NCBI GenBank assembly: GCA_050230475.1
Contig: JBFLGF010000138.1
Location: 1 to 64,000, forward strand
Length of the DNA: 64,000 bases
Direction of reading: 5' to 3'
DNA from: Ancylonema sp.
Lineage: Eukaryota
The position numbers were made by a program, and so were the translations under genes. Positions 45,501 to 57,293 of this stretch are shown here, piece after piece (positions within the stretch are counted from its first letter, which is position 1; every line of letters starts with the position of its first letter). The notes under the pieces were generated by a model. That model saw only the letters and a list, made by a program, of their open reading frames with translations, had not been told where the DNA came from and made no database searches.

Positions 45501-47311
45501 TGTTGTACACTCCTCCCCCTATAACGGCCTTGCCAAGTCCACCGACACTCTTCCTAGGCAGACTTGTTCTCCTGCACCACCTTCTCGTCGAGGATGAGGT
45601 TTGTCGTGTGCCTTCCCCAGCTTGCACCCTTCACAATTTTGCAGAACTCCTGAGATGCCTCCTTCCAGTCCTCGTACAAAGATGTTGTCGTGCCACATTT
45701 TTGAGCACTCTCTCATTTGCCATGCCCAAGTCTCGTGTGCAGGAGGTCGATTTCGACTGCAGCTACAACAGCTTCCCCTTCAGTAAGGTTGCTGATGTCG
45801 AACCGGTGTGCAGATGAGAGTTTTTCGACGTGTCGATGTTTCTTGCAGAGTGCAGACTTGTTGTCTTGATTTGCTGTAAATTGGAATGATGCCACCAGCT
45901 TTTCCACTGCAAGTGTAAGACCACCCTGCTTCTCTGGCTTTCTGACCGCTGAACAAATTAATGCGCATCCTAGGAATGTACAAACATTTCTTGAGTGTTA
46001 CTTCTCCACACTCTCCCTCGGTATTCAGCTCAATTGTTCCCCACTGCTTCACTCGCACACTTCCGACCAGATGATGCATGATGACCTCGTGTGGAGTCTT
46101 CGATGATTTTGAAAAGATTTTTTATGCCCACAAGAATGGTGACTGGAACCATCGTCGAAAAGGAAATCTTTCTCTGCATCATCATCATCTGCAACATTTC
46201 CTTCACAAATTTTGATTTCAGCCAGCAATGATAGCTTCTCCATGACCACAGCTCTCCTCCTCATCGATTTCATTCGCCAACGAAAGCTATTTTTCTCCCA
46301 GTGCGTACCCCCTTTCTCTGCATTCGTGGACCTTCGTTTTTCTTGTCGAAACATGTTAATTCCACATGACCAATGGCTCCACAATATTATATCTGCATTC
46401 TTCGTTTTTCTTGGAGCAGTCTCTGCTATAGTGACTTGTCTCTCCACAAGTATAGGAGGAATGTCCTCCACTTGATCCACTGCCTCCACCTCTGCCTCCA
46501 CGACCACCTATGATTCCACGATTATCTGCTGAATACCCCCTGAATGTACCCCTGCCTCCACGATTGTCGATACCACCACCTCTGCCTTGGCTTGAAAATT
46601 TTTGTTGCGCTGACCACTTAGCATAGTTTGCCTCTACAACTAGTGCCTCAGCATCTTTGCATCCTTTTTCTTTCTTGTCGTCCAGCTCATCCATTCTTGC
46701 CCCCAGATCCAGCTGATCCCAGGTGCCTCTTTCTGTCCATAGTAAAGCTTCTTCAACATGCCGTATTTTGTTCTTGACATGCCCCAGCAAACAATGCCAT
46801 CACCTTATCTTCTGCGCTGACTGGAAATTTTTGATGTACACACTCTCTGATGATCGACAGAGAAGTATTCTTGATTTCTCTGACTGGCATCTTTTCATCG
46901 ATCTTGAAAGAGAGTTCAGCTTTTCTTTTGCAATCTGTCGAAGTTCTGGGAGACACCTTGTCATACTCCTCTGTCCTCTGTCAGATAGTCCCGCATCGCC
47001 TTTGGATCTCGTTCAAATTGTTCAAGTGATGTAGCGATGTCGTCACTAACAAATTGCATGAGTAGCATGACTGCCTTCTTTGATCTTTTAAGGAAGCTTT
47101 TGACATCAAGTGTATACTGCTCCATTTTTGCTTCATTTGTTGGCCAGTGTTCATCATCATATCTGGCTGTAACCTCAGTTGGAATAGTCTTTGTTCCCAA
47201 ATCTCAAGGCACTCAGCATCATCAAGAGTAGCTGAGGCCTTAGATCTCCATGCTTGAAAGGTAACTTTATCTCCATCCAGAATGCAGTACCGTGCTGAGT
47301 GCTTTCTTCAA

Positions 47312-47528
47312 TTGACGAAGTAGTTTCGATACCGGCAGATTCTTTGACCAGACAACAATCGACTGTACTAGGTCTGAGCTTGCATGCTGAATTCCTTAAT
47401 CAGACTTTCTACTTCAAACTTGCACTTTTGTTGTGTCAACGTTTGTAATGACGTGATCTGTCGATTCAAGAGTTGTCTGAGAGAGTTGTGCTTTATTCTT
47501 GCATCGATGGCAGAAGAAAGCACTCACA
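47312..47528 (-). repeat. Right (5') terminal inverted repeat of the copia element
   Basis: Reverse complement of 42300-42516. Confidence 0.95.
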
Positions 47529-47639
47529 TGTGTGTCTCCACATTTGAAGTGAAAATCATGGAACCCCACACATCAGTTTCGTAAATTAAATATTAAAGAA
47601 AAAGAAATGAATGAACTTAATCATTGCAAACCATATTTG

Positions 47640-47900
47640 GGTGCGCACAACTAAAATCGCGCACATGTTTGGGACACGTGCACGATGCGCACATGTTCGG
47701 AACATGTGCGCTCAACCCCGCGCACATGTGAGTGCCCACCCAGGAAAAAATATCTTTAAAAATCGCGTGTACTGTTGCTAACCACTATGAGCGGCGGCTT
47801 TTTACTTAGATTTTTTTATTTTTTGGGGCTTTTGCGAGGAGGTGCGCGATGCGCACATGTTCCGAATATGTGCGCCAAACCCACACACATGTGCGCGCTC
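47640..47900. repeat. Cluster of gcgcacatgt motifs, probable DNA-transposon subterminal region
   Basis: gatgcgcacatgttc(g/c)gaa(c/t)atgtgcgc occurs at ~47684 and ~47848 with further partial copies. Confidence 0.55.
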
Positions 47901-49182
47901 ATTTGTGTCAAGAAAAAATGGTTGCGTGTCTCGGCATCTCAAACCCACGGAGCGACATGTCAGAAGTTTTGATTAAAAACCGTGGACTCGTCGACTAATA
48001 TGACACAATACTTCACATGTGGGATAATTCAGCTAGGAGCCTCGTCTCCGAGAAACCACGGCTCAAGGACATGCCAAACGTATTTTGGACCAACACACTA
48101 GCAATACACACGTGTGGACTAAGGAATCACGTGCACACATGCTACCACTCGTGTCGAATTGTACGGTGTCATACACAAGTCTGGGCTTACATGGAAACGT
48201 ACGAAATTATGTATAAAAAAAAAGTGATCGGTTTGACTCATTTCAGCTGGGTAATACTATTTTAAGGCAATTCATTCTCGGTTTGCTGGTTCTTTCTTGG
48301 GTTTTTCTTCCCGACCTACACCTCGAGTCGGGTATCACTCAAGTGTCCACAAATCACATTCGACATACTCATACATTAAAGGCCATGCACAACAAAGGGA
48401 CTTCTCAACCTTCCGATATTCTTCTTAAACATTGCTTCACTACAGCTTGGTGTTTCTCCGATGGTAAAGAAACGCAGTCTTGAATCGCAATGGCAATATG
48501 AATCGTGCTCAAAGCCGACCCAGAATTCACCTGCAAGATTCCGAAACCCCAAATCCCAAAACCGCAAGCTATCAGTCATGCATCTCTTCCTTGTATCAAA
48601 CAAGAGTCGTCAGGTGCAAACACGGTTGTGAAATGTTACATTTACGATTACGCAAGTAAAGTTTGCGTACAATGTAACAAAAACAGAATCGAAATCGAGA
48701 TGACGTCATACTTACAACCGTAAGAGACCCTTTCTATGGAGAGCACAAAAGAAAACATTTGTTCCAAATCCGGGCTTGTAGGGAGCCCAGATCCGTCGGG
48801 GCTTGAAGCCAGATTCGTGAATGCTACGTTTACGATTCCCACAAACCGTAAAAGTACGGTTTAGGTTTAGGTTTAGGTACGCTGTAAGTACGGAGTCCAA
48901 AGCGTGAGTACGTCATGTTCACTACGTAAGGGGTGTGAACGTCACATGTACGATTCCGTTTTACTGTGAAGTACGACATGCTTTGAGATGGGATTGAGAT
49001 GTTGATTGAGATGTCGAGATCTTGTCGTGGTACCAGCCCCAACCCAACCAGGGTTGGGAAGCCAGGTGCAGGGACGGAGTGGAACCCATCCCCACCTACA
49101 CGGCTGATGGGGGTTTGCATTTAACCAAAAAGTCTCAACGGTTTTGGGTTGGTCAATTCGGTTAGTCCCCCCCTAGTCCTTG

Positions 49183-49279
49183 CTCCCTGGTCCCTGTCCC
49201 TGATCCCTGGTCTCTGTCCCTGATCCCTGGTCCCTGTCCCTGATCCCTGGTCCCTAGTCCCTGGTCCCTGGTCCCTGGT
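49183..49279. repeat. Tandem repeat tccctg(g/a)
   Basis: Directly visible array. Confidence 0.85.
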
Positions 49280-50274
49280 TTCTCACCCACACTCGGCCGT
49301 TGACCCCCACTGCGAACTCAAACGGCAGGTCGTTCAATAGGGAGATTACTGGCAACGTGGGCTTCCCTAATAACCTGCGGGACGGAAAGCACGGAGGGGG
49401 GGGGTAGTATCGACTTTGCCTCGGAACTAACGAAAGTGGAGGTTGTGTGCCTCTACCCCCACATCGAGATGCAACTGTTAATCTAGACGATGATGACCTC
49501 GAAAGGAACGGGAATTTCCGCCGTTTTGTTTCATACCCCTTGTGCCTCTCTTATTGGTGTACTTGTGTAACAACACCGCAATACAAACGACCTCCTTTGC
49601 AGGTCTTCTTTTGTCATTATATCATTGTATGATTGTAACGGATTTTAGGTGTACGCGAAAATCCGCCTTACATTCTCGCTTGTCTCGTGGAGCAGTCAAA
49701 CAAAGTGCCCCCCGTAAGTGGTCCAAATTGTGCGGCCGCCCCCGTTCCTAAAAGTACAAAAACGGGACTCCGGTTAACCGTCGGTTCGCACCCAGTCGAG
49801 TGTTGATACCCGTTTTGCTCTTTGCTCCGAGACTCCACGTGTGCATCTTTATCTTTATCTCCTCTCACCGTCCACACATGTGATTTCGGGCGCCATATCC
49901 GGATGCGCTTTCAGTAACCGGGCGAACACCAACGCCCCTTTCTGCCATCCATCACCACCCCCCTTACAACGCCTTAGTGGGCAGTGTGGCAATTAGGGGG
50001 GAGGGGGAGGAGATGGAAAAAGAGGGGAGGGGGAAAAGTGGGGATATGGTCACACGCAAAAATGGCAACATGGCAATTGGGAGAATTGGAAAATGGGGAA
50101 AACGGGAAAATTGGAAAATAGGGAAATAGGAAAATGGGAAAATGGAAAAATGGAGACATGGAAAAACGGCAACAGTGGACAACTCTTGGGAGGGACCAAC
50201 GGTGAAGGAATAAAATTGGGAGTACAACTAACCCTTTGACCATGTCAAAGTTATGAACGGAACTACGGTCCAAC

Positions 50275-50337
50275 AAAACCCTAAAACCCTAGAACCCTAT
50301 AACCCTAGGACCCTAAAACCCTAAAACCCTAAAACCC
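50275..50337. repeat. Interstitial telomere-like 8-mer array (AAAACCCT / TTTTAGGG)
   Basis: About 8 units, several with substitutions. Confidence 0.75.
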
Positions 50338-50607
50338 AAATCTCGACCAAGAAGCTTTACTTGCAAATTGGGTTTGTTTCTCCTCGTAGCCCCTTCAAAT
50401 GCCAATGAGGGAAGGATTGCGGTTGTAGGTCCCCCTATGTCTACGTCATAATTCTGGTTGGGGCGAAAAAGGGGGGGAGGGGGGCGGAAGGGTCTTCACA
50501 ACAAACAAAACCCCAATTGGTTGAGAGGTGGATTTTTTGGAATTTACATCGTAATATATATTTTGATTCCAAAATGTGTATTTTGATGTCGTGCACTTGG
50601 TCCCTCG

Positions 50608-50661
50608 AATGTACGGATGTACGGATGTACGGATGTACGGATGCACGGACGTACGGATGTA
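50608..50661. repeat. 8-bp tandem repeat gtacggat
   Basis: About 6 units. Confidence 0.85.
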
Positions 50662-51729
50662 CCTCTGCATGTCGGTCCGAAATTACGCCAATTACGAAGT
50701 CTTCAGCCGAGGGCATGTACTGAACCCAGAAGCCCAAAAAACGAACCAGGCCCGACTTCCTTCAGATTTTTCTCTTTTTGTTCCCTTGGGTTATCTTTGG
50801 CCTGTATACGCAGATGCAGGCACGATACTTTTTATGGTCATCATTAGTGGCAAGGTACGGAACAAGAGCCAGCAGAGGGCAAAAGCCAGCAAGATCCTGA
50901 ATTAGTGATTAAACCAGATCTAATAGGAAAATTGTGGACGAGCGCTGTACCAGAAATTTTGAGTGGGGTGCTGAGATAGAGCGAAATGAGTACTCACCCT
51001 TTTCTGGTCGCTGTCGACCCACTGGAGCCCCTTCCGACTGCATCTCAAGGCCCCCGCCCTCGCAGCAACCACGAAGTTTCCTTCCTGTGGCAGGAGACGG
51101 CGACGAATCAGGCGACAGGTTTAGGAAAGGCGAATGGGAGGACAGGATTTTATGGAATGAAGAATCTGATTGAAGCGCGGCGGAGGATCGGAAATTTTCT
51201 GACTTGCTTTAAGCCTCCGCCTAGTCTGACGACATCGCCAGCTGTCTCCAGGTCCAGGATGACGTCACCAGGGACCTGCCAGGTGGAAGAGGCAGGAGCG
51301 AGATGAAAGGGCGAACAGATACTCAGACGAACGTGGTGAAATACTGGAGGTTATGTAGTTTTAAGTGAATCATATGTGCAATTTTCAATTTTATCGGAGG
51401 ATTCCAGGAGAAAATAAATAATTCATTCATGAGTTCATTTCCTACTTCGATTTTCACAAACTCCTAGCAATTCAATGACGGGTTTCCAGATTCTGACCAC
51501 AAGCGAGCACACGTGGCTCTCAACAGCGCTGCCGACGGTGGCCATTTGAGAAGCTGAAAGCAGTACTCTTTAAAGGACCACCGTGTAAGGGGCAGGTAAC
51601 TTTTCTGAGAGAATGGGAGCTACTCAGAACAGTATTACAACAGGGCGCTCCTCTGGACGGAGATTTCTTGAAGTGTAAAACAGATACTCGCGGGTTTTGC
51701 CGCAGCATGCAGCTTCAAGGACGACTGAA

Positions 51730-52185
51730 CTGAGAGCATCTGCTACGGCCTCGCATATCGTCCTGATTTTCGACTTCTGCCATTAATATACTCAAATCAT
51801 CCAAAATGGCGAACGGTACGGCCTGCGCATATCAAAATTATTATGCTCTGGACATTCTGCCGGATGATTTACGCATATCTTGTCGCAAATTTTCCCAAAA
51901 TATGCTCAGAAGTTTGCGTAAATTATCGGGTTGAGCATAACCTCTGGACCAATCAGATTCTCGTGTGGTTCGCCTACGTGGCAAAAAACTTAAGTCAGGA
52001 GTTTCATCCGGACCAATCGGAAACCAATTGTTCGCCTACGTGGCAAATATTTTGCTTCAGAATGCTCAGGCCGTAACGTTTGCCAACGGAGCACATGTCA
52101 TTTTGCCGCATGATAAATTCATCATCACCGAGCATATCTCCAAATTATGCTCAAAGATTTGCGAGGCCGTAGCGGATGCTCTGAG
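51730..52185. mobile_element. Imperfect foldback (long inverted repeat) element remnant
   Basis: Arms 51730-51759 vs 52156-52185 and 51807-51830 vs 52062-52084 are near reverse complements; a related motif recurs near 61302. Confidence 0.6.
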
Positions 52186-52944
52186 TGGAATTCTGAGCGA
52201 AGTTCTACGTTCAATTTTTGGGTACGATTTTTAAGGCTCGCTGTAGAGAATTACGCGTTATAACGATAATTTTTTTCGGTATAACGAGTTAAAGTGACAG
52301 GTGAGATTCCATAGAACGGCAAAAGATGAGCCGGTTTATTTGCGCGCAGCCGTACGGAATCTTCCCCCGGAACCGCAGGTGCATCTCTGTTCATCCGCAC
52401 AGAAACCGTCAGTTGGGCTTGTTTGTTGGAACAGAGAAAGTTAGAGATTCATCACAATTGAGGTACTAGGTTGCACATTTTTGGGTTGCGAAGTTGCGGC
52501 TGGTCCTCTGGGAATGAACAAAAATGAGCCACAATATGGCTTCAGCTTATTTCAAACTTCAGCTGCTCTTCATTCCAGGGAAAAGTTGGCATTCAGAATA
52601 TTGTGGTGAATACGTCGCGACATGCGTGTTTCCCCTGGTCGTTTGATTGAATCTCGGAGGCTTTGTACGGCGCTGACAAGCAGTACGACGAGCGTAGGCC
52701 AGAACTGAAACGAGAGAACCTGAGTAGGCTTCAAGAGGGAGTACTCATCATGCCCGAAGATGTAAGCAGCTGACTCAGCTGCTGACTCAGTCGCTGCTGC
52801 TGCTGAGCGCTAATTTTTCTGCTGGCCGTAAACCGCTAAGCAGGGCCATGATGTGTTTGACTGGTGCAGGCCATTTACGGCCCAGAATTTACTTTGCATA
52901 AATATATATGACAAGAGGGCTCTGCACCTTTCTTTCCTCAAACT

Positions 52945-54143
52945 ACCGTGTGATGGGCGATGGACAGTTCTGGATGCGTTGTCGGATTTCGATTGGACCA
53001 CAAGCCCGAATCGGTGAAACTCTACTTCCAGGGTCCGCAAGCGGAGGTCGATATTTGGGCGGCAGATGTACGAATAGTGCCTCAGGACACGGTGGCGGTT
53101 ATCAATGAACTGAAGGAAACGGCGGAGAAGGTGAGAGCCAACGATTGCATCACGTGGCTAGAACGATACAATGAAACATGTCTAAATCAATTACTTGTCT
53201 TATCTAACATGGAATTCTCCGATTTCGGGTTTCCACCCAATTTACAAGTCAAAAAGTGACTTGTACATTGATAACATGTCTAAATTGGTTTTTTTTTCCG
53301 GTCTCGACGGTATCAATTTAGAGAGGTTTAAACTCAACTTGTTTTTCAGGTGAGGAAGCGTGACATCATCATCCAGCTGACGTCATCGTCAGGATCTCCC
53401 TTGTCGCCGGCCAAGGTGACTCTAACCCACGTGGCTCCGAGTTTCGCCAGTGGGTCCTCCATGAACAAAAACGGGTTTGATGACAAGAAATATCGCGACT
53501 TTTTTGCCGACCACTTCAATTGGGCGCGAATAGAGAAAGGCGGAGGTTTTATAGGGGATTACTTTCAGGTGGATGATATGCTGACATGGCTACAGGCGAA
53601 GGGGATTCCCGTTCGGGGGAGCTTCACAGTGAGGAAGGAAGTGTTTTGGATCGACGAGGAGTTGTCCGACTTACTATTGGCAGGTCGAATCCGTACAAAT
53701 CCGCACTCGTCCTTAAACATCCGTACAACCTCATAATTTGGCAAGTCACACTTTGCATCCCCTAATGCAAATGTCACCTTGCTTCACATTATGGGCGAGC
53801 GGGGGCTTGTTTACCCCCTCTGTCTGTATTTTTAACGTCATACCGAAGTGAATTTGATATCATTAATCTCATACACCTTGAATATCGTTCAAATGCCTTG
53901 ATTTCTCATTGAAAGCCACCAATTTACTTCAAAACGAAAGGTAGTGACTTTGTACTTCACTTCAATTTGACGCTCTTTCCCACCCTACCCTTCCCGTGTT
54001 TAGATGCTGTCGACAAGCGAGTTGTGGATCTCTTTTCTTGTTACAAGGGTCGTTTCGCTCACTACGATGTGAACAACGAGATGTTGCACGGAGGGTTCTT
54101 TGCGAACCACCTCGGGCCGGGGGTCATCACCCGCATGTTCCAG
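52945..54143 (+). pseudogene. GH10 xylanase copy 3, 5' part
   Basis: Truncated, frameshifted CBM exon to 53130 (KLYFQGPQAEVDIW), exon 53350-53683 lacking AVFENELK and with RGHCIFW changed to RGSFTV, exon 54004-54143 (YKGRFAHYDVNNEMLHG...ITRMFQ) broken off. Confidence 0.85.
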
Positions 54144-54546
54144 GATTCACGTGGAGGTTACCGCAACCGTGACGCAGCCGGAGCTAAGAACCTCAGAGGT
54201 AAGGGGTGGGGCGGCGGGGGGGGTGGGGGGTTGGGGTGCTAAAAGGCGATGCAATGGAGCACTTGGAACAAGGGAAATGTGAAGCTTGGAAAGTGTCGTG
54301 TTCTTTGTGTTTGGCGAAAGCGTACCTACTCACTATCACGGGTGTTCATGTGGTGAGAGTCTGAAGTGTGTTGTTCGAGGATTGCAGGTGTCGATCACTT
54401 TCTACTTCACATTTTCGGAGGGTCCTCGGGAGACTCGTGGAGGTCGGGCGGTTCTCCGCCGAGTGACTCCTACCACCGAAGAAGAAGCGAAAACGATTTG
54501 TGCGAGATTCGACGCGGATCATGCTGTTGCAAGCGATGTCTTGTAG
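54144..54546 (+). pseudogene. Last two exons of an acyl-CoA thioesterase 9-like (HotDog fold) gene, 5'-truncated
   Basis: Exons 54144-54198 and 54388-54546 splice to IHVEVTATVTQPELRTSEVSITFYFTF...RRVTPTTEEEAK, matching my recollection of the plant ACOT9-type C-terminus (VEVVAHVTRPELRSSEVSNxFYFTF...VVPATEEEAR). Confidence 0.8.
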
Positions 54547-57293
54547 AGTTCTAGAAATCATCTCCGGATTAAGTTGCAAGAGCTTGAGTGGTAGGTGAAT
54601 GCCGTATTTTCGGGAACTGCTATCCCAAGTTCGAGTTGAATATGATGTAGATAAAGTTCTTTTCGCAATTTGAGAGATGATTGTGCGTTGTTGTGACATT
54701 CAAACGTGCACGGTTTGTAGCTATGTGTAGTCTAGCGATCTTGAGTACTTCCGAGATTGTTTTTAGTATTTTCTGGCCGAGGCTGACTTGCTCCAAAAGA
54801 ATTGGTGTGCAAGTGAGTGTCTTTACTTTGCTAAACACTAATGTTTCATGAGGCTGATTTACGACATTGTTGTCAATGTGTGGCATAATTCACTTTGAGC
54901 CAGTGACAATGTCGATGCGGTCAAGGGCAGGCCTTTTTTGTTGTTGATGGACAATTTGTCGAAGTTTGATACAATGTTGTTGGTGTATAGACATACGGAA
55001 GTCATTAAGCAACTTATCCGATAATCAACTTTTTAGGGGCGTAGAAATGGACTTGGTGGTTTTAACATAAATGTAATATGGTCAATGTAAATGCGTGTAC
55101 CGCCTTATTGATATTGTCATTGTTTTTGTTGTTTGTTGTTCTTGTCAGTGAAATGTAGACACGTCAATAAATCATGTCAAACGGGTCGATGTGTTGTTCA
55201 TAGATGTACACTCCCGCCAATAAATCCGCCCGACGGCGCCACGGGCCGTATGGCTTGCTCAGCGGGCGGATATACATAGCCTTTTTAACTCTTTAGTTCA
55301 TGTGTTGTCAGATTTAATCACTCCACATTTATCGAATTGTATGCTATTTTGCTATGAAGTGCATGGTCCCCTCTACCGTAGTTGGTCCCGCTCTGCTCAC
55401 GGATTTTGGGAGCCCCGCTCCGAGCCAGCTCGCGTGGGAGCTTGATCAGAGCCAGCTCGCACCCGCGACCCGCCTGGCAAAAACAAAACATCGAAATGCG
55501 ACTAAGGTCAAAGCATCCCTGGCCAAAAAGGTAGTTATTTCGGGCCGTAAGTCCCGAACATAAACAATATGCGGCGACCATAGAACGGATTACGACTATG
55601 TTTTGTCTCAAGACCTTTCTGAAGTTTATTTTACTCGTACATTATAGTTGTTTGTTCGGTGCACTTATATTCGGTGAGGAAGTCCGCATGAACACCTCGC
55701 GAATGAGAATTTCATTATGAAATCCCATCGGATGCAACAAATAACATGGTATAATGCATTCCAACAGATACACATTATACAGCGACTATACACGACTTAT
55801 AACTTCTGATCTAAGCCTACTTTTCCATGCCTTTAAACAACTTTGTGTGTAACATTCATATGCACCCATTTTGCACCCACTTTGTCACCTCGAAATAGAC
55901 CAGGTTATATTGTTACAAGACAATGGCAGGCTTCGGATTTTGTTTGGAATATAGACTTATATGACCAATGCATTTTCGGATATGTATGCTTTTGAGACAA
56001 AGTACCCTCAACGACAATGGCCTCTAGCGTGATTGGCTCTTTTGGAATGAAGTATTTCGTTACTTTGTTAACGTGGACATTACAATCGTGTACAATGATG
56101 CAGTGTTGGTAGTTGTCTAGTCAGTCGAGAGGGCTAGCGGTTGAAGAATTGTTGACTTCCAATCTGAAGTTTAATAACATGGAGAATCCTTAGGCGCAAA
56201 ATCGAGACGGGTCGCATTCAAGGAGAAAGTCGTAGAATTTCATATACCAAAAACAGAAAAGAACGGGAATAAAAAGATTCCGTGCGTCTTGGTGTTAATA
56301 CAATGCCAAAATTGAAAACAATATAGTACTAATTTGAGATGAACTCATTGAGGTACTGCTAAATGAGAGAAACATATAGATTTACGTGTCTGAGTGTCGA
56401 GAGTGTGTATGTCATTGTTTGGTGTTGTGCTGTTTGTAATTTTCTCCTTCTTTGGTGTGTCGACGGTTGACAATGTTTTCAAAATCTGCTAGTCTATAAA
56501 ATTTCAAACCACCTTTCACGTTTCCTCTCCGAAAATTTGTCCGGATGAACCATAGTCTTTTGCTCTCAATCACTTTGACAAGGGAAAACGCCCTGAATTG
56601 TTCCCACGCGTTCCTATCGATAATTGTGTACCCTGTGGTCCAAATGGTTCAATACCAATTTCATAATGTATGTTCCTGCTTGGTGCCATTTTAATTGAAA
56701 ATCAGATTGACGTTCACGCATTGCCCTAATGTACAACTTGATGCAAAAACGATTACATCTCGCCCCCCCCCGCACGCATGTTGTGTCTCAAAATTTGTAT
56801 GAGATATCCTTTTCAGGTGTCATTTTCAGGTGTCGTCCAATACTTATAGGTCACGAGTACATGTAATAATGGACGAGCTTCAGTTTATACTCTACAAAAC
56901 AACAAAATAAAACCAATATGAAAACGCATACCCCCGATGTTACACTTAGTGTGAACCATGCAATTTGCATTTTGAATTAAAGGATGTATAGAACCATTAG
57001 AGACCAATATTTTTGTGCTGAAGTTCCTACAAATAATTCACGATCGCTAGGAAGTATACATTACATATGACGTAGTTCTTACAAAAGTAACGAGTATTTC
57101 TGGATGCAATGATCACAATTTCTATCTCGATGACCTTACACTCGTTGTCATGCTCCAGTTGTGACCATTGTCTTTACTTCTGTTTATATGCAGTCGACTT
57201 CGCCAATTTAGATGCTTGACTAGATTCATTTTCTTTGTGAACGTCAGAAAAATCCTTGTGTAAGTTTGATGCCCGCGAATATTTGCGGCATCG

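Larger units (their letters stand above)
42300..47528 (-). mobile_element. Decayed Ty1/copia retrotransposon bounded by inverted terminal repeats
   Basis: Minus-strand domain order gag (LDGDKVTFQAWR, knuckle CGETSHYSRDC), protease (FLFDDGSSHH), integrase (LLHTRLGH, CEGCKLGK, LRSDRGGEF, NAITERMNRTL), RT (KWVFKIK, YKARVVAKG, QMDVTTAFL, LYGLKQAPR, YVDN), RNase H (GYSDAS, SEYLAL); frameshifts and stops. TG...CA ends, TGTGT on both flanks. Confidence 0.93.

Noticed and set aside
42300..47528. DIRS element (because of inverted ends)
   Set aside because: Encodes a DDE integrase before RT in copia order; no tyrosine recombinase seen.
50986..51306. 106-aa ORF
   Set aside because: No recognisable family or splice-supported extension.
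54160..54198. Peptide YRNRDAAGAKNL resembling the TnpB/Fanzor RuvC-III motif (RDxNAAxNI)
   Set aside because: It is an alternative frame of the thioesterase exon; no zinc finger or other RuvC motifs nearby.
55674..55700. GAGGAAGTCCG resembling RNase P/MRP conserved region I
   Set aside because: No convincing partner CR-V motif or helix framework downstream.
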